DNA of 64,000 bases from Candidatus Zixiibacteriota bacterium. GTDB lineage: Bacteria > Zixibacteria > MSB-5A5 > UBA10806 > 4484-95. Made by a program: the position numbers and the translations under genes. The DNA lies in contig JBBIRK010000002.1 of the NCBI GenBank assembly GCA_037441845.1, forward strand, positions 256,001 to 320,000, read 5' to 3'. Each line of letters opens with the position of its first letter. Position 1 is the stretch's first letter. Shown one piece after another: positions 47,001 to 56,798 of this stretch. The notes below the pieces were generated by a model. The model was given only the letters and a program-made list of their open reading frames with translations, had not been told where the DNA came from and ran no database searches.

Positions 47001-49954
47001 AGCCGATCGGGGTCGTTGCGGTTCCCCTCGGTGCCGTTGATACGGGAAAAATCGTTGCGTTCGGCGTTGGTGCCGGTTTTATACGACCAGTCGTCGCCGT
47101 TGGGATCGGGGTTGGCGGCCTGATCGAAACCGGGTTCCTGCGGGTTGGGCAATCCATCGAGCCCGACGTCTTCGTTTTGTTCGAAAATGCCGTTGCGATT
47201 GAAGTCTTCGGTAAAGGGAACGGACGAACCGTCGCCGTCGAGATCCTCGCTGATCTTGCCTATATCGATATGGAATAGAGGATGGTCGAGGCCGTCGTAA
47301 GTGGTATCGGGTTGATACCAGATCTCGATGAACTGGGTGAGCGATTGATCGTTCATTCCGGAGAAGAGCGGGCGCATAATGCCGGACCAGGCGGCTTGGG
47401 GATTGAGAATGGTGTCGGAATTGGGGCTGTATCTGAGAATCAAGACGTCGGTGCGATTGTCCTGGTCGCGCACCGAGCGATCGGGCCAGATATCGGTGAG
47501 CAGATAAGGAGTGTATGGGTTATACCACCACAATTTGCGTTTGGCGGCCAGATTCATGCCGACCGGCGGCGAAGCCGTGGTCCAAATGCCACGGCGGGTC
47601 ATCAGATCGGTATAGTCGCGGGAGCCCTCGAAATCGTCGATATAGGCGTCGTTACGAAGATTGGGATTGGGAAAGCTTTGGGCGACTTCGCCGGAGATAT
47701 CGATTCGGGAAGCGGTTTCGGTTTCGATGAAGGGCAGGAAATCGACCGCCCGAGTGAGAACCTTCGGCGCGAAGCCGAATATGAAGTTGGAGTCCCAGAT
47801 CATGGAGCTGCGCGGTTCGCGACCTACCCGCGGGCGATATTCTCTGGCTGATTCCTTGCGATACATCCCGGCCCAGGACAACCAGGATTTGTCGTTGATA
47901 TTGTATTTGGCGGAAAGGCCGAAAAATGATTTTTTCTCGGCGAGGAAAAACGGCGCATATTCGAAATCGATGCTAACGTTGTTGGTGGGATTAAGGGCTT
48001 CCTGGTTTATGAATGTAATCTGGCCGAGATCGTAATTTATGCTGTAATCGACGCCCCGTTGCAGGGTTTGACCGTTGCCCATGCGCACCACCTCGGAGTT
48101 TTCGATGATATTGGTGCGGCCGAGGCTGAACGTGGTCGATCTTTTGGACGATTTCACGTAAATGTAATAGGTTTGGTTATTGGCGCGGCTGGAGTTGTCA
48201 TAGGGCAAATCGTAAATCAAGGGATTGCGCGTGTTGAGGACGGGCGAATCGAAGGGACGCGCCATAGGGAAAATCAAGTGTCCGCGGCCGGCATCGATAA
48301 CGGTGCTGACGAAATCGAACTGGCAGTCCGGCGTGCGGGCGCGGGTCGAGTTGTTTAGGCTGTCGAGGCCGAGCAACGTGATATAGCAAATCTGATTTTG
48401 ATCGGTGGTGTCGGTGTTAAGGTCGCCATGGCCCTTATATATCTGCAATTCGAACCCGGCTTCGGTGAGGTCTCTTCCTCTGAGGTCATAGACGTTGCGC
48501 CATTCGAGATCCCAAGTCGAGAAGGACGAATCCGGGTTGATTGCCTTGATAAGTTTGAGCACCAACGTATCGCCGCGCAGGTTCCCCTCTCGCAGTGTAT
48601 CGTAAGGCGCGTTTTTGCGGACATATTCGATATAGGCGGCAAGAAAGTCGCCGGTTTGGTCGCTGATAGGCTGATGCAGGGTGATGAACCAACCCGCCCG
48701 ATTGAGATCGAAGTCGTTGTCGTTGAGCCGCAGCATATGGCTCTGCACAAATTCGCTTCGGCTTTGTTCCTGCTGGGTCTCGTAGTAAAGGGTATCGTTG
48801 CCGCCGGTTTCGTCCGGGTTCGGGCCGTAATGAGGATCGACGCAGGCTTTGCCGTAGGCGTCATGCTGAGTCGGCTGGGGACCGCCTTTGCGATAAAGTA
48901 CCACGCGCAAGAGAGAATCGGTGGCGGGATTGAATTCGTTCGGGCGTCCCAGCCAGAAATAGACGTTATGCAGGTAGGCGTAATCATAGATGGTATCTTG
49001 TGAGCCCTGGGCACCGGCTTGAAAAGTCGCTTTTTCGGACGCTCCTTTTTCCTGGGAGGTTATCATCGTCAATTCCGTATTACCCACTTTGGCGGTGGCT
49101 TTGATGCCGAACAATCCCTGGACGTTTTGGGAGAAACCGATCAACTGCGCGTTCGGCAGCGACAGGTTGGTATTTCCGGCCTCGACCGTCTGCAGTATTT
49201 CGTCTTCCCCGCCCTTATAGCGCAGTTTAAGCGTGTTGGCCAACTCCTGATCGCGATTGGAGTCCTGATCGACCTCGATGCTCAGCTTGGAGCCTATGTC
49301 GCCCTTGATTTTAAAACGCGAGGTCTGCTCCATGTGCAGAGAGGGGAATTTCGATTGTTTGAAGGTACCGGTATTGACGAGATTATCTTCCCATTCTGAT
49401 CGCCCGGAGAAAGCGATTCGTCGGGAGCCGGTGACGGTGATGCGCGGGCCGCCTTCGCCGATAATGGAGCGGACCGATTTGGGAACATTGCCGATATTTA
49501 TCGGGATCTGGATCCCCTCCGCTGCCTTGGGCTTGCTTTGCGTGCCGCTGAAACCGGCCATTTCAGCGGCCCATTGTTTGCGCAGATAATTTTCGGAAGA
49601 ACTTCTGACGTAACTGTCGAAATCGACGGCGATCGGATTATAAACGGCGAATTTGCCGAAACTGCGGGTGAGACGGACATAATCGATAGAACCGGTGACA
49701 TCGACCCGCCATTTCAATTTTATCAGGTCGAACTTCAGGATATAGCAATCATCTTCGATCAGGGACAACCCGCCCGGAAAATTCCGAAGCAACGGCGGAG
49801 GAGCGTATGGATTATTATATTTCAGCCTGACGACGAATTCATTATCGGCCGCAAATGCCGATACGCACCACGTCGTCAGCGCAAGTAAGAATCCCGCAAG
49901 CGAGAAGAGCAAATTGGTTCGTTTCAGAGACAAACGAGCTCCACTTAAAATCAA
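44003..49954 (-). CDS. sprA: Type IX secretion translocon SprA/Sov; start uncertain
   Basis: L.Y.G.EDEILQ..E.GN..L, QGLFGIK...K.G, L..GVDY.INY..GQI, AYIDDFEG, DVGLDG, TEDIN.N, EQSL.L, GEVW.DELR; C-terminal F. Confidence 0.9.
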   Translation of the reverse strand: MILSGARLSLKRTNLLFSLAGFLLALTTWCVSAFAADNEFVVRLKYNNPYAPPPLLRNFPGGLSLIEDDCYILKFDLIKLKWRVDVTGSIDYVRLTRSFGKFAVYNPIAVDFDSYVRSSSENYLRKQWAAEMAGFSGTQSKPKAAEGIQIPINIGNVPKSVRSIIGEGGPRITVTGSRRIAFSGRSEWEDNLVNTGTFKQSKFPSLHMEQTSRFKIKGDIGSKLSIEVDQDSNRDQELANTLKLRYKGGEDEILQTVEAGNTNLSLPNAQLIGFSQNVQGLFGIKATAKVGNTELTMITSQEKGASEKATFQAGAQGSQDTIYDYAYLHNVYFWLGRPNEFNPATDSLLRVVLYRKGGPQPTQHDAYGKACVDPHYGPNPDETGGNDTLYYETQQEQSRSEFVQSHMLRLNDNDFDLNRAGWFITLHQPISDQTGDFLAAYIEYVRKNAPYDTLREGNLRGDTLVLKLIKAINPDSSFSTWDLEWRNVYDLRGRDLTEAGFELQIYKGHGDLNTDTTDQNQICYITLLGLDSLNNSTRARTPDCQFDFVSTVIDAGRGHLIFPMARPFDSPVLNTRNPLIYDLPYDNSSRANNQTYYIYVKSSKRSTTFSLGRTNIIENSEVVRMGNGQTLQRGVDYSINYDLGQITFINQEALNPTNNVSIDFEYAPFFLAEKKSFFGLSAKYNINDKSWLSWAGMYRKESAREYRPRVGREPRSSMIWDSNFIFGFAPKVLTRAVDFLPFIETETASRIDISGEVAQSFPNPNLRNDAYIDDFEGSRDYTDLMTRRGIWTTASPPVGMNLAAKRKLWWYNPYTPYLLTDIWPDRSVRDQDNRTDVLILRYSPNSDTILNPQAAWSGIMRPLFSGMNDQSLTQFIEIWYQPDTTYDGLDHPLFHIDIGKISEDLDGDGSSVPFTEDFNRNGIFEQNEDVGLDGLPNPQEPGFDQAANPDPNGDDWSYKTGTNAERNDFSRINGTEGNRNDPDRLNRFDTEDINNNTYTDLVNSYFSYTVNLLEPDTVIADSTRTGWKLLRIPLQDSTAFTSVGNANLSDFSQIKFVRLWISGASQQYLLKLASIQLVGNKWRKAPLRPEESNITFEVTVKNTQENIGYTSPPGVIAQSNRETGVVEKEQSLVLRYENLSPGQSVRAYWYLYQPEDYTLYSSMKMFVHGDNSADGGRLKFFFRMGVDTSRNNYYEYQTVLSDGWADGNHVDIDFAELTALKTRRPADHPDSIAYQEGPYLVKGNPSLSSIRCFVIGVYNDSLVADTQTVSGEVWCDELRVTGVRRNSDFAGRLGITVGLADFVNINANYNRQGADYVRLLDKKPGGSLSTTQSVSATINVDKIAPPSWQLKLPITYNWQQSRQLPRLMPSSDIILPADLREFYKSESRSWSVSAREQFRRNTNNWLWAWTLNRFTIGGTYGKQSSLNPTTPLSRTTTYNATGSYDLAPRSRPTIKPFYWTKYLFMPSGIHSAQLSFLPTTLKFDGTVNSTRSFSVNQRGIRTSSYVRDLALTQNYGFDLFSSLKTSFSMTSNRDISDPATLKFAYDPRDIKLGRERTFSQRFDVSFSPRLTSKIAPRFQYNSNYSDNSDFARSIDTTKTSQVGATLRGDLSLDIFDILGLKKRGAGKAPAAPKAAPGEKNDKEQGEQEEAEEFSPEKKKPGKPFKLPNPLKIFKPALNTIRSIKPLTLGYTFDKKMNQSGLYRRPDWKYTLGFADDPGVPKNTVIGLGTREQKIYNQDYSIGSGLAPLTGVDIGVSYKFRVGITRTTTDPVKNTSLDFPRIDVNISGVEKFPLFKKFAKTATMQSNYARKIDKSGHADTDQKYSRNVADSYTPLLAVNATLPKEVRITARYDFNKRKSENLRSEGINQRTSYSQDRTIRISLGYSLTAPRGINIPIFGKLKFESQLTLSLDYNKRFNKNWSIQNALKTVESDRVETSVEPKASYRFSAKITGGLQARWVDSNDKIQQRKRHIRELGIWTELRF

Positions 49955-49992
49955 ATCGATCTTTAGCTGTATCCTATAAAACTTCCTTTCGT

Positions 49993-50910
49993 TTAAGGTT
50001 CGACAAAAGTTATCTCGTACTCAAGCCTCAGCCCGTGTTTTTCGAGGGCTTTTGCTTTCATCGATTCGGCCAGATTCTTGACGTCGGCGGCTGTAGCTTT
50101 GCCTTTGTTCACGATTATATTGCAGTGTTTTTCGTAAACCTCTGCTCCTCCGACTTTCATTCCTTTAACACCTGCTTCTTCGAGCAATTTCCCCGCCGGC
50201 ACCAGCTCCGGTGATTTGATGTTTTTGAAAACGGATCCGGCGCTTCCCTCCCAGGTGGGGTGCTTTTCCCTGCGGATTCGTCTCAATTCGGCGGCTTTCG
50301 CGGCCAGAGCGGCTTTATCGCCCCGAGCAAGCTTGAGTTTGGCGGAGAGTATCAGATGAGGATCGGTTTTCAGGCGACTGTGTCGGTAGCCGAACTGGAA
50401 GAAATCGGAATCGACTATCTTGACTTGGCCATCGGGCGCCATCAACACCGCTCGTTCGAGGACATCGCCGATGCTTTTCCCCCATGCGCCCGCGTTGCCC
50501 CAAATCGCTCCGCCCACGCTTCCGGGAATGCCGGCGGCGAATTCGAGTCCGGCCAGAGAATGGTCGATTACGATATCGACGAGCCGGTTGTAAGAGACGC
50601 CCGATTGGACGGTGACGATTGTTTCGTGGATTTCGAAGCGATCGCATTCATCTTTAATCACCAAGCCGTCGAAACCGTTGTCGGCGAAAACGATATTGGA
50701 GCCGCCTCCCAAAACGAAATAGCGGAAATTCAACTCATTCGCCAGCAGGTAGGCCCGGGCCAGTTTTTCCGGAGTCGAAGCGATATAGAGATATTTAGCC
50801 GGGCCGCCCAAGCGAAAGCTGGTGAATTGCGCCAAAGGGACCGAGCGTTTCAATTCTCCGCCGAATTTACCTTGTAAAAGATCGAATTTTTCCACGCTAT
50901 CCACCGGCAT
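49993..50910 (-). CDS. murB: UDP-N-acetylenolpyruvoylglucosamine reductase
   Basis: TSFRLGGPA, GGGSN, GLEF..GIPGSVGGA..GNAGA, SAGSVFKN, KHCN.IVN. Confidence 0.95.
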   Translation of the reverse strand: MPVDSVEKFDLLQGKFGGELKRSVPLAQFTSFRLGGPAKYLYIASTPEKLARAYLLANELNFRYFVLGGGSNIVFADNGFDGLVIKDECDRFEIHETIVTVQSGVSYNRLVDIVIDHSLAGLEFAAGIPGSVGGAIWGNAGAWGKSIGDVLERAVLMAPDGQVKIVDSDFFQFGYRHSRLKTDPHLILSAKLKLARGDKAALAAKAAELRRIRREKHPTWEGSAGSVFKNIKSPELVPAGKLLEEAGVKGMKVGGAEVYEKHCNIIVNKGKATAADVKNLAESMKAKALEKHGLRLEYEITFVEP

Positions 50911-51097
50911 AATAGTCCAAAATCGCTTAAAATCAAGTTTTTTGTAAGTTCATCCCGTTCCGAGGAGAATCCATTCATTGTTGCCCGGGCAGCGGAAAAT
51001 TCAAGTCGGAAGGAAACGCCTCCGAGCGCCGTTGTCTCGATTTCGGATCTGCTGGTTCAACCATCATATTCCCGGCGCGCGATCGCTACCGTACATC

Positions 51098-51436
51098 TTA
51101 TTTTACGTCCGAATCGCCCTTTTGGTCAGTTTCGGGTTTATCGGCCGAATCTTTCGGCGGCTCGGGCTTATTGGCTTCATCGACATAATTCAAGCGAAGA
51201 TCAGCCAGAATATTCGACAAATAACGTTCTTCCTGATCGGTAAGGTTGCCTTTGGTTTTGGCCTGGAGCATAGCCAGCATATCGATCGAATGTCTGGCCA
51301 TCTCGAGGTTGCGTTCGATTTTTCCGGTGAACGGGCTGGCGATTTTACCCATCTGCTGATAGGCGGCGGCCTGGAAACTCATCAGAAGCTGAACGAACAG
51401 CAGCCGATTATCGTCGTTAGGGGAATTGTCGGTCAT
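51098..51436 (-). CDS. DUF1844-like protein
   Basis: MGKI..P.......NL..AR..ID.L..L..KTKGNL...E...L...L..LRL.YV. Confidence 0.85.
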   Translation of the reverse strand: MTDNSPNDDNRLLFVQLLMSFQAAAYQQMGKIASPFTGKIERNLEMARHSIDMLAMLQAKTKGNLTDQEERYLSNILADLRLNYVDEANKPEPPKDSADKPETDQKGDSDVK

Positions 51437-51442
51437 CGCCTT

Positions 51443-51628
51443 TTACCTCGTTCCGTTGCGGGTAATTTTGAGCGCCAACGACAGTTTGTGTCGGATATCC
51501 ATCAGATCGGCCTCGAGCTGTTTGAACAGGCGGCGCAAATCGAAATCCTCGGTTTCCTGGACGAATTGATTGAACATGCCGGCCAGTTCGCTGGCAAGTG
51601 AATCGGCTTTTTTGATTTTGTCCTGCAT
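51443..51628 (-). CDS. Small helical hypothetical protein
   Basis: GGAGG RBS; fills the gap between recG and the DUF1844 gene. Confidence 0.65.
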   Translation of the reverse strand: MQDKIKKADSLASELAGMFNQFVQETEDFDLRRLFKQLEADLMDIRHKLSLALKITRNGTR

Positions 51629-51639
51629 CGTACCTCCAT

Positions 51640-53769
51640 TCAGGCGGTTTGGGAATATATCAATTTTTTGGAAAATTTTCTTATTAACACTTGGCGCAAC
51701 GTGCGGTTTTCCGATTTCAACAGGTGGGGGTCATCGGCTACTATATCGAAAGCGCAGGACCGCGCCAGACTTAAAGTGGCGGAATCGGTCAATTTGGCCA
51801 CTCGCAATTCGGGCATACCGTGCTGTCGGGTTCCCATGAATTCGCCGGGGCCGCGAATCTGCAGATCGGCCTCAGCTATGCGGAATCCATCGTTGGCGGC
51901 GCACAGGGCTTTTATCCGACTTTCGGCCTCGGGGGAAAGCGCCTTATCGCTTAAAAGAAAACAATAGGATTGCTGATTGCCTCGTCCGACACGTCCGCGG
52001 AGTTGATGAAGCTGCGAAAGACCGAACCTTTCGGCCTGTTCGATCACCATGATGGTGGCGTTGGGGACGTCGAGTCCGACCTCGATCACGGTGGTGCCGA
52101 CGATAATCTGATATTCGCCGGCGCGGAATTTTTCCATGATAAAGTTTTTATCGCGGCCTTTCAGTCGTCCGTGAAGGAGGGCCAGGCGCAGATCGGGAAA
52201 TGTGTCCCGGCTCAGCTTTTCGAAACTTTCGACGGCCGCCGCCAGATCGATTTTTTCGGATTCCTCAACCAGAGGGAAAACGATATACGCCTGCCGTCCG
52301 CTTTTTATTTGGTCGTGGACGAACCGATACATGGCCTCTTTTTTTTCCGGAGGAACGAACGAAGTCTTGACGGGGATTCTTCCCGGGGGCATGCCGTCGA
52401 TGATTGAAACATCGAGGTCACCGTAGAGGGTCATGGCCAAAGTCCGCGGGATAGGAGTGGCGGTCATCACCAATACATGGGGGAACTTTCCCTTGCTTTT
52501 CAAGGCGGCGCGCTGAGCCACTCCGAATCGATGTTGTTCGTCGATCACCGCCAACCCCAGGCGGCAAAACTGCAGATTTTCTTGAATGAGGGTCTGGGTG
52601 CCTATGACCATATCAATTCGGCCGTCGGCGATCTCTTGTTTCAAAGTGGTTCGCATCTTCCCCTTGACCGACCCGGTTAATACCGCCAGCCTGACGGGCA
52701 GGTCGGATAACATGAGACTCAAGGCGTAGCCATGTTGTTCGGCCAGAATCTCGGTCGGCACCATGAGGGCGGCCTGATAACCGGACTCGACAGCGGCCAG
52801 CATGGCCAGAAGCGCCACCACGGTTTTGCCGCTGCCGACGTCTCCCTGCAACAGGCGATTCATCGGATGCGGCTTGGCCATATCCGCCAGAATTTCCCGC
52901 AGGACTTTTTTCTGGGCGGGGGTGAGTTCGAAGTGCAGGTTGTTCAAAAGCATGCGGCCGAGTTTTTTGGGCGGAGGAATCGGTATTCCCGGTTCTTGAG
53001 TCGAGCGGACTTGACGGCGCGCGGCCAGTAGGAGTTCGAAATAAAAGAATTCCTCGAAAGAGAGCCGATGCATTCCTTTATCGGCGAGTTCGCGGGAATC
53101 CGGAAAATGGGTTTGATAAACGGCCTTGTTGAAATCGAGAAGATCGTGCTTGCGGCGGAGTTCGGCCGGCAGGGTTTCGCATTCGAGTCCGGCCAATATG
53201 TCGAGCGCCGGTTTGATGATTCTGCGCAGCCCCCGCGAATGAAGACCCATTCGATTCAATCCGGAGGTTTGGGGGTATATGGGAATGATACGCCGGGTGT
53301 GCAGCGGAGTATCCTCGGGACCGGAAACGATCTCGAATTCCGGGTGGCTCATCTGCAGATATTTGAATCGGCCGACGCGGCCGGTGGCGGCGACGATGTC
53401 ACCCTCGGAAAACATTTTCAGCAGATACTTGTATCCGGAGAACCAAACGAGTTCGAGGATACCTGAATCGTCTTGAAGATATACCACGAATCTCCTCTTG
53501 CCTCCGAACAACTCGTCGAATGAAGTCACCTCGCCTATAACGGTGGCCACCGAGCCCTCCTGCAGCCGGTCGATCGGCAGAATCTCGGTGCGGTCGAGAT
53601 ATTTACGGGGGACGTAGAAAAACAGGTCGAACACCGTGGCGATGCCGGCCTCTTTCAAAGCGGCTGCCCGCTCCGGACCGATCCCTTTCAGGTATTGAAT
53701 ATCCTGAAACAGGAAATCCAGCGCGCGGTTTCGAGAATCAGTTTTCGGTATCTCCGAATGCTTCTGCAT
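51640..53769 (-). CDS. recG: ATP-dependent DNA helicase RecG
   Basis: MNRLLQGDVGSGKT, DEQHRFGV.QR, MTATPIPRTL, QLHQLRGRVGRG, DL.IRGPGE. Confidence 0.97.
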   Translation of the reverse strand: MQKHSEIPKTDSRNRALDFLFQDIQYLKGIGPERAAALKEAGIATVFDLFFYVPRKYLDRTEILPIDRLQEGSVATVIGEVTSFDELFGGKRRFVVYLQDDSGILELVWFSGYKYLLKMFSEGDIVAATGRVGRFKYLQMSHPEFEIVSGPEDTPLHTRRIIPIYPQTSGLNRMGLHSRGLRRIIKPALDILAGLECETLPAELRRKHDLLDFNKAVYQTHFPDSRELADKGMHRLSFEEFFYFELLLAARRQVRSTQEPGIPIPPPKKLGRMLLNNLHFELTPAQKKVLREILADMAKPHPMNRLLQGDVGSGKTVVALLAMLAAVESGYQAALMVPTEILAEQHGYALSLMLSDLPVRLAVLTGSVKGKMRTTLKQEIADGRIDMVIGTQTLIQENLQFCRLGLAVIDEQHRFGVAQRAALKSKGKFPHVLVMTATPIPRTLAMTLYGDLDVSIIDGMPPGRIPVKTSFVPPEKKEAMYRFVHDQIKSGRQAYIVFPLVEESEKIDLAAAVESFEKLSRDTFPDLRLALLHGRLKGRDKNFIMEKFRAGEYQIIVGTTVIEVGLDVPNATIMVIEQAERFGLSQLHQLRGRVGRGNQQSYCFLLSDKALSPEAESRIKALCAANDGFRIAEADLQIRGPGEFMGTRQHGMPELRVAKLTDSATLSLARSCAFDIVADDPHLLKSENRTLRQVLIRKFSKKLIYSQTA

Positions 53770-53777
53770 TATAGGCG

Positions 53778-53807
53778 ATTATAGAAGTTAACGAAGAGCG
53801 CAGTCAA
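53778..53807 (-). promoter_or_regulatory. recG promoter, probably leaderless
   Basis: Minus strand TTGACT-N18-TATAAT, ending 8 nt before the ATG; no SD. Confidence 0.65.
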
Positions 53808-53954
53808 GACCAATCAGGGCGGGTCGTCCGAGCGTAAAGTGCACAATCTCGATTTGTTATGAGAGAAAGCGGCCGGCACGGGATCCATAAATTCGTTTGT
53901 CAAAATCAGCGAAATGAGTATATTTTCGCCGAAAAGCATTGCTATAAAGGTTTC

Positions 53955-55019
53955 ATGGCGGTTTACGAAAAGACGATAATCATAACCGGCGGCGCCGGAT
54001 TCATCGGATCAAACCTTCTGCTTTATCTGGTTCCCCGATACCCCAATTACAGATTTATCAATATCGACAGCCTGACCTACGCCGGCAATTTGGCCAATTT
54101 GCGGAAGATCGAGAGAAACGCCAATTACGTTTTCGAGAAAATAGATATACGCGATTACGCGAAGCTGCGCGATTGTTTCGAGAGGTTCCAGCCCGACGGG
54201 TTGATAAATCTGGCCGCCGAATCGCACGTGGACAGGTCGATCATGGGGCCGGCACCATTTATCGAGACGAATATACTCGGCACTTTCAATTTGCTGGAAT
54301 TAACCCGGGCAAGGTCGGCGATAAAAGGTTCATTTCGTTTTCATCAGGTGTCGACTGACGAGGTTTATGGGGAAATGGAGGGCGAAAGCCGGGCGGACGA
54401 GGATTTCCCCTACCGGCCGAGTTCGCCCTATTCGGCAAGCAAGGGGTCGGCCGATCATTTGGTGCGGGCGTATCACCGCACATACGGGCTGGATACGGTG
54501 ATCACGATTTCGAGCAATAATTTCGGGCCGTATCAATTTCCGGAGAAGCTGGTGCCGCTGACGATACGCAACGCCCTTGCCGAAATCGCGATACCGATTT
54601 ACGGCGACGGCTTGCAGGTGCGCGATTGGCTGTATGTAATGGATCATTGTCGCGCCATCGACCTGGTTTTTCACAAAGGGGTTTCGGGCAAGACGTACAA
54701 TGTGGGTGGAGGCAGGCAGGCGGCCAATATCGATATCGTGAAAAGCGTTTGCCGCCATGTCGATCGCTTGACGGGCCGAGGGCCAAGCGAGCGGCTGATC
54801 GAGCTGGTGAAGGATCGCCCCGGGCATGATCGAAGATATGCTATAGACACTCATTTGATCGAAAGCGAGCTGGGCTGGAGATGCGAATATCCTTTCGAGC
54901 AGGCGATGAGCGAAACAGTCGAATGGTATTTCAAGAACAAGCAGTGGCTCGATAACTGCATTTCGGGCGAATACGCGAACTATTACGACAAAGTTTATGC
55001 TAAAGGTTGGAAAGATTAA
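53955..55019 (+). CDS. rfbB: dTDP-glucose 4,6-dehydratase
   Basis: TGGAGFIGS, AAESHVDRSI, STDEVYG, YSASK, DRPGHD.RYA. Confidence 0.96.
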   Translation: MAVYEKTIIITGGAGFIGSNLLLYLVPRYPNYRFINIDSLTYAGNLANLRKIERNANYVFEKIDIRDYAKLRDCFERFQPDGLINLAAESHVDRSIMGPAPFIETNILGTFNLLELTRARSAIKGSFRFHQVSTDEVYGEMEGESRADEDFPYRPSSPYSASKGSADHLVRAYHRTYGLDTVITISSNNFGPYQFPEKLVPLTIRNALAEIAIPIYGDGLQVRDWLYVMDHCRAIDLVFHKGVSGKTYNVGGGRQAANIDIVKSVCRHVDRLTGRGPSERLIELVKDRPGHDRRYAIDTHLIESELGWRCEYPFEQAMSETVEWYFKNKQWLDNCISGEYANYYDKVYAKGWKD

Positions 55020-55898
55020 ATGGCGGACGGCATGAGGAAAGGGATAATACTGGCGGGCGGCAGCGGCAGCAGGCTTTACCCGGCCACCGCGGCGATATGC
55101 AAGCAGTTGTTGCCACTTTACGACAAGCCGATGGTTTATTATCCTCTTTCGACTCTGATGCAATTCGGGATAAGGGAAGTATTGCTGATATCGACGCCGG
55201 AATTTATCGGCAGATTCGAGCGGCTTCTCGGAAACGGAAGCAGGCTGGGTATAAATATCAGCTATGCGGTTCAGGAGCGCCCGGAGGGGATAGCCCAGGC
55301 GATAATTATCGGAGAGGATTTCATCGCCGGAGACAATTTCGCGCTGATTTTGGGAGATAACGTCTTTTACGGGCCGCTCGATTTGGAACGCGAGGCGGCA
55401 TCGTTTACCCGTGGGGCGACCATTTTCGGCTATCGGGTGCGCAATCCGCAGAGATACGGCGTGATAGAATTCGGCGAAAGCGGTGAAATCGAAAGGATTG
55501 TCGAGAAACCGTCGGCTCCGAAATCGGATTACGCGGTTACCGGGCTGTATCTTTACGACGGAGGTGCGGTCGCAATCGCCAAAGAGCTGAAACCATCGGC
55601 GCGCGGAGAACTCGAAATCACCGATGTCAATAATGCTTACCTTCGGGAAAAACAATTGAATCTGGTCAGGCTGGGACAAGGGTTCGCCTGGTTGGACAGC
55701 GGCACTTTCGAAAGCATACTGGAAGCGGCCAATTTCATCGCCACGATCGAGAAACGGCAGGGCGTGAAAATAGCCTGTATCGAGGAGACGGCTTGGAAAA
55801 AAGGGTTCATCGGCAAAGACGACCTCCTGAAATTGATAACGGAAATGCCCGACAACGATTACCGTCACTACCTGGAGCGGATAACCGGTCATAGATGA
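55020..55898 (+). CDS. rfbA: Glucose-1-phosphate thymidylyltransferase
   Basis: GIILAGGSGSRLYP, KQLLP.YDKPM, LGDN, SARGELEITD, WLD.GT. Confidence 0.97.
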   Translation: MADGMRKGIILAGGSGSRLYPATAAICKQLLPLYDKPMVYYPLSTLMQFGIREVLLISTPEFIGRFERLLGNGSRLGINISYAVQERPEGIAQAIIIGEDFIAGDNFALILGDNVFYGPLDLEREAASFTRGATIFGYRVRNPQRYGVIEFGESGEIERIVEKPSAPKSDYAVTGLYLYDGGAVAIAKELKPSARGELEITDVNNAYLREKQLNLVRLGQGFAWLDSGTFESILEAANFIATIEKRQGVKIACIEETAWKKGFIGKDDLLKLITEMPDNDYRHYLERITGHR

Positions 55899-56776
55899 AA
55901 AGGGTGTTGATAATCGGCGGAAGCGGCCGGCTGGGGCGGGCTTTGGTCGAGCGGCTGAAAGTCAAATACGAAATTCATGCCCCCAGCAGAGCGCAGCTGG
56001 ATATAACGGATGCCGAAGCGGTTCGGAGATGTTTGGAGGCAACGGTTCCGCAGATAGTGATAAATGCGGCAGCCATAACCGATGTGGATTATTGCGAGAC
56101 GAACCCGGCGGCGGCGATGGCGGTGAACGGCGAGGCTCCGGGGAAACTTGCCGGAATCTGTAAAGAGATCGATGCCGAGATTGTTCACTTTTCGACGAAT
56201 TATGTTTTTAACGGGCGCAAGAGCCGACCTTATATCGAAGATGATCCGCCCGATCCGATAAACGAGTACGGCAAGAGCAAGCTTGCGGGGGAACGTCGGG
56301 TAAGCGAAATCGCAGAGAAGTGGACCATATTGAGGGTGGCCTGGCTTTATGGTCCGACCGGGAATGATTTTATCAAAACGATAATGAGGGAAGGTCGAAA
56401 CTGGGTTGCCGCGATGAAGGAGGGCCGGCGTCCCCCGCCGATCAAGGTGGTCGCCGATCAGATCGGCAATCCCACCTGGGTGAGGGAAGTCGCCCGCCAG
56501 GTGGAGATCGTTATCGATGGAGGACTGCGGGGTTTGTTCCATTGCGTTTCCGGCGGAGCCGTATCGAGATTCGAGCTGGCCAAAGAGATTTTCAGAATAA
56601 AGAATATCGGGGCCGAATGTGCTCCATACGTTTCGGAGGAGTTCGGGTGGAAGGCGAAACGACCTTTGAATGCGGGTCTGGAGAACAGAAGGTTGACCGA
56701 ACTCGGGCTGAATTCTATGAGAAATTGTATCGAAACGGTGACTGAGTATCTGCAAAGCGAGGGCGGCGATTTATAA
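55895..56776 (+). CDS. rfbD: dTDP-4-dehydrorhamnose reductase
   Basis: G.SG.LG, NAAA.T.VD, ST.YVF.G, YG.SKL.GE, DQ.G.PT. Confidence 0.93.
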   Translation: MKRVLIIGGSGRLGRALVERLKVKYEIHAPSRAQLDITDAEAVRRCLEATVPQIVINAAAITDVDYCETNPAAAMAVNGEAPGKLAGICKEIDAEIVHFSTNYVFNGRKSRPYIEDDPPDPINEYGKSKLAGERRVSEIAEKWTILRVAWLYGPTGNDFIKTIMREGRNWVAAMKEGRRPPPIKVVADQIGNPTWVREVARQVEIVIDGGLRGLFHCVSGGAVSRFELAKEIFRIKNIGAECAPYVSEEFGWKAKRPLNAGLENRRLTELGLNSMRNCIETVTEYLQSEGGDL

Positions 56777-56798
56777 GCCCGAAATCAAGATCGAGGGA

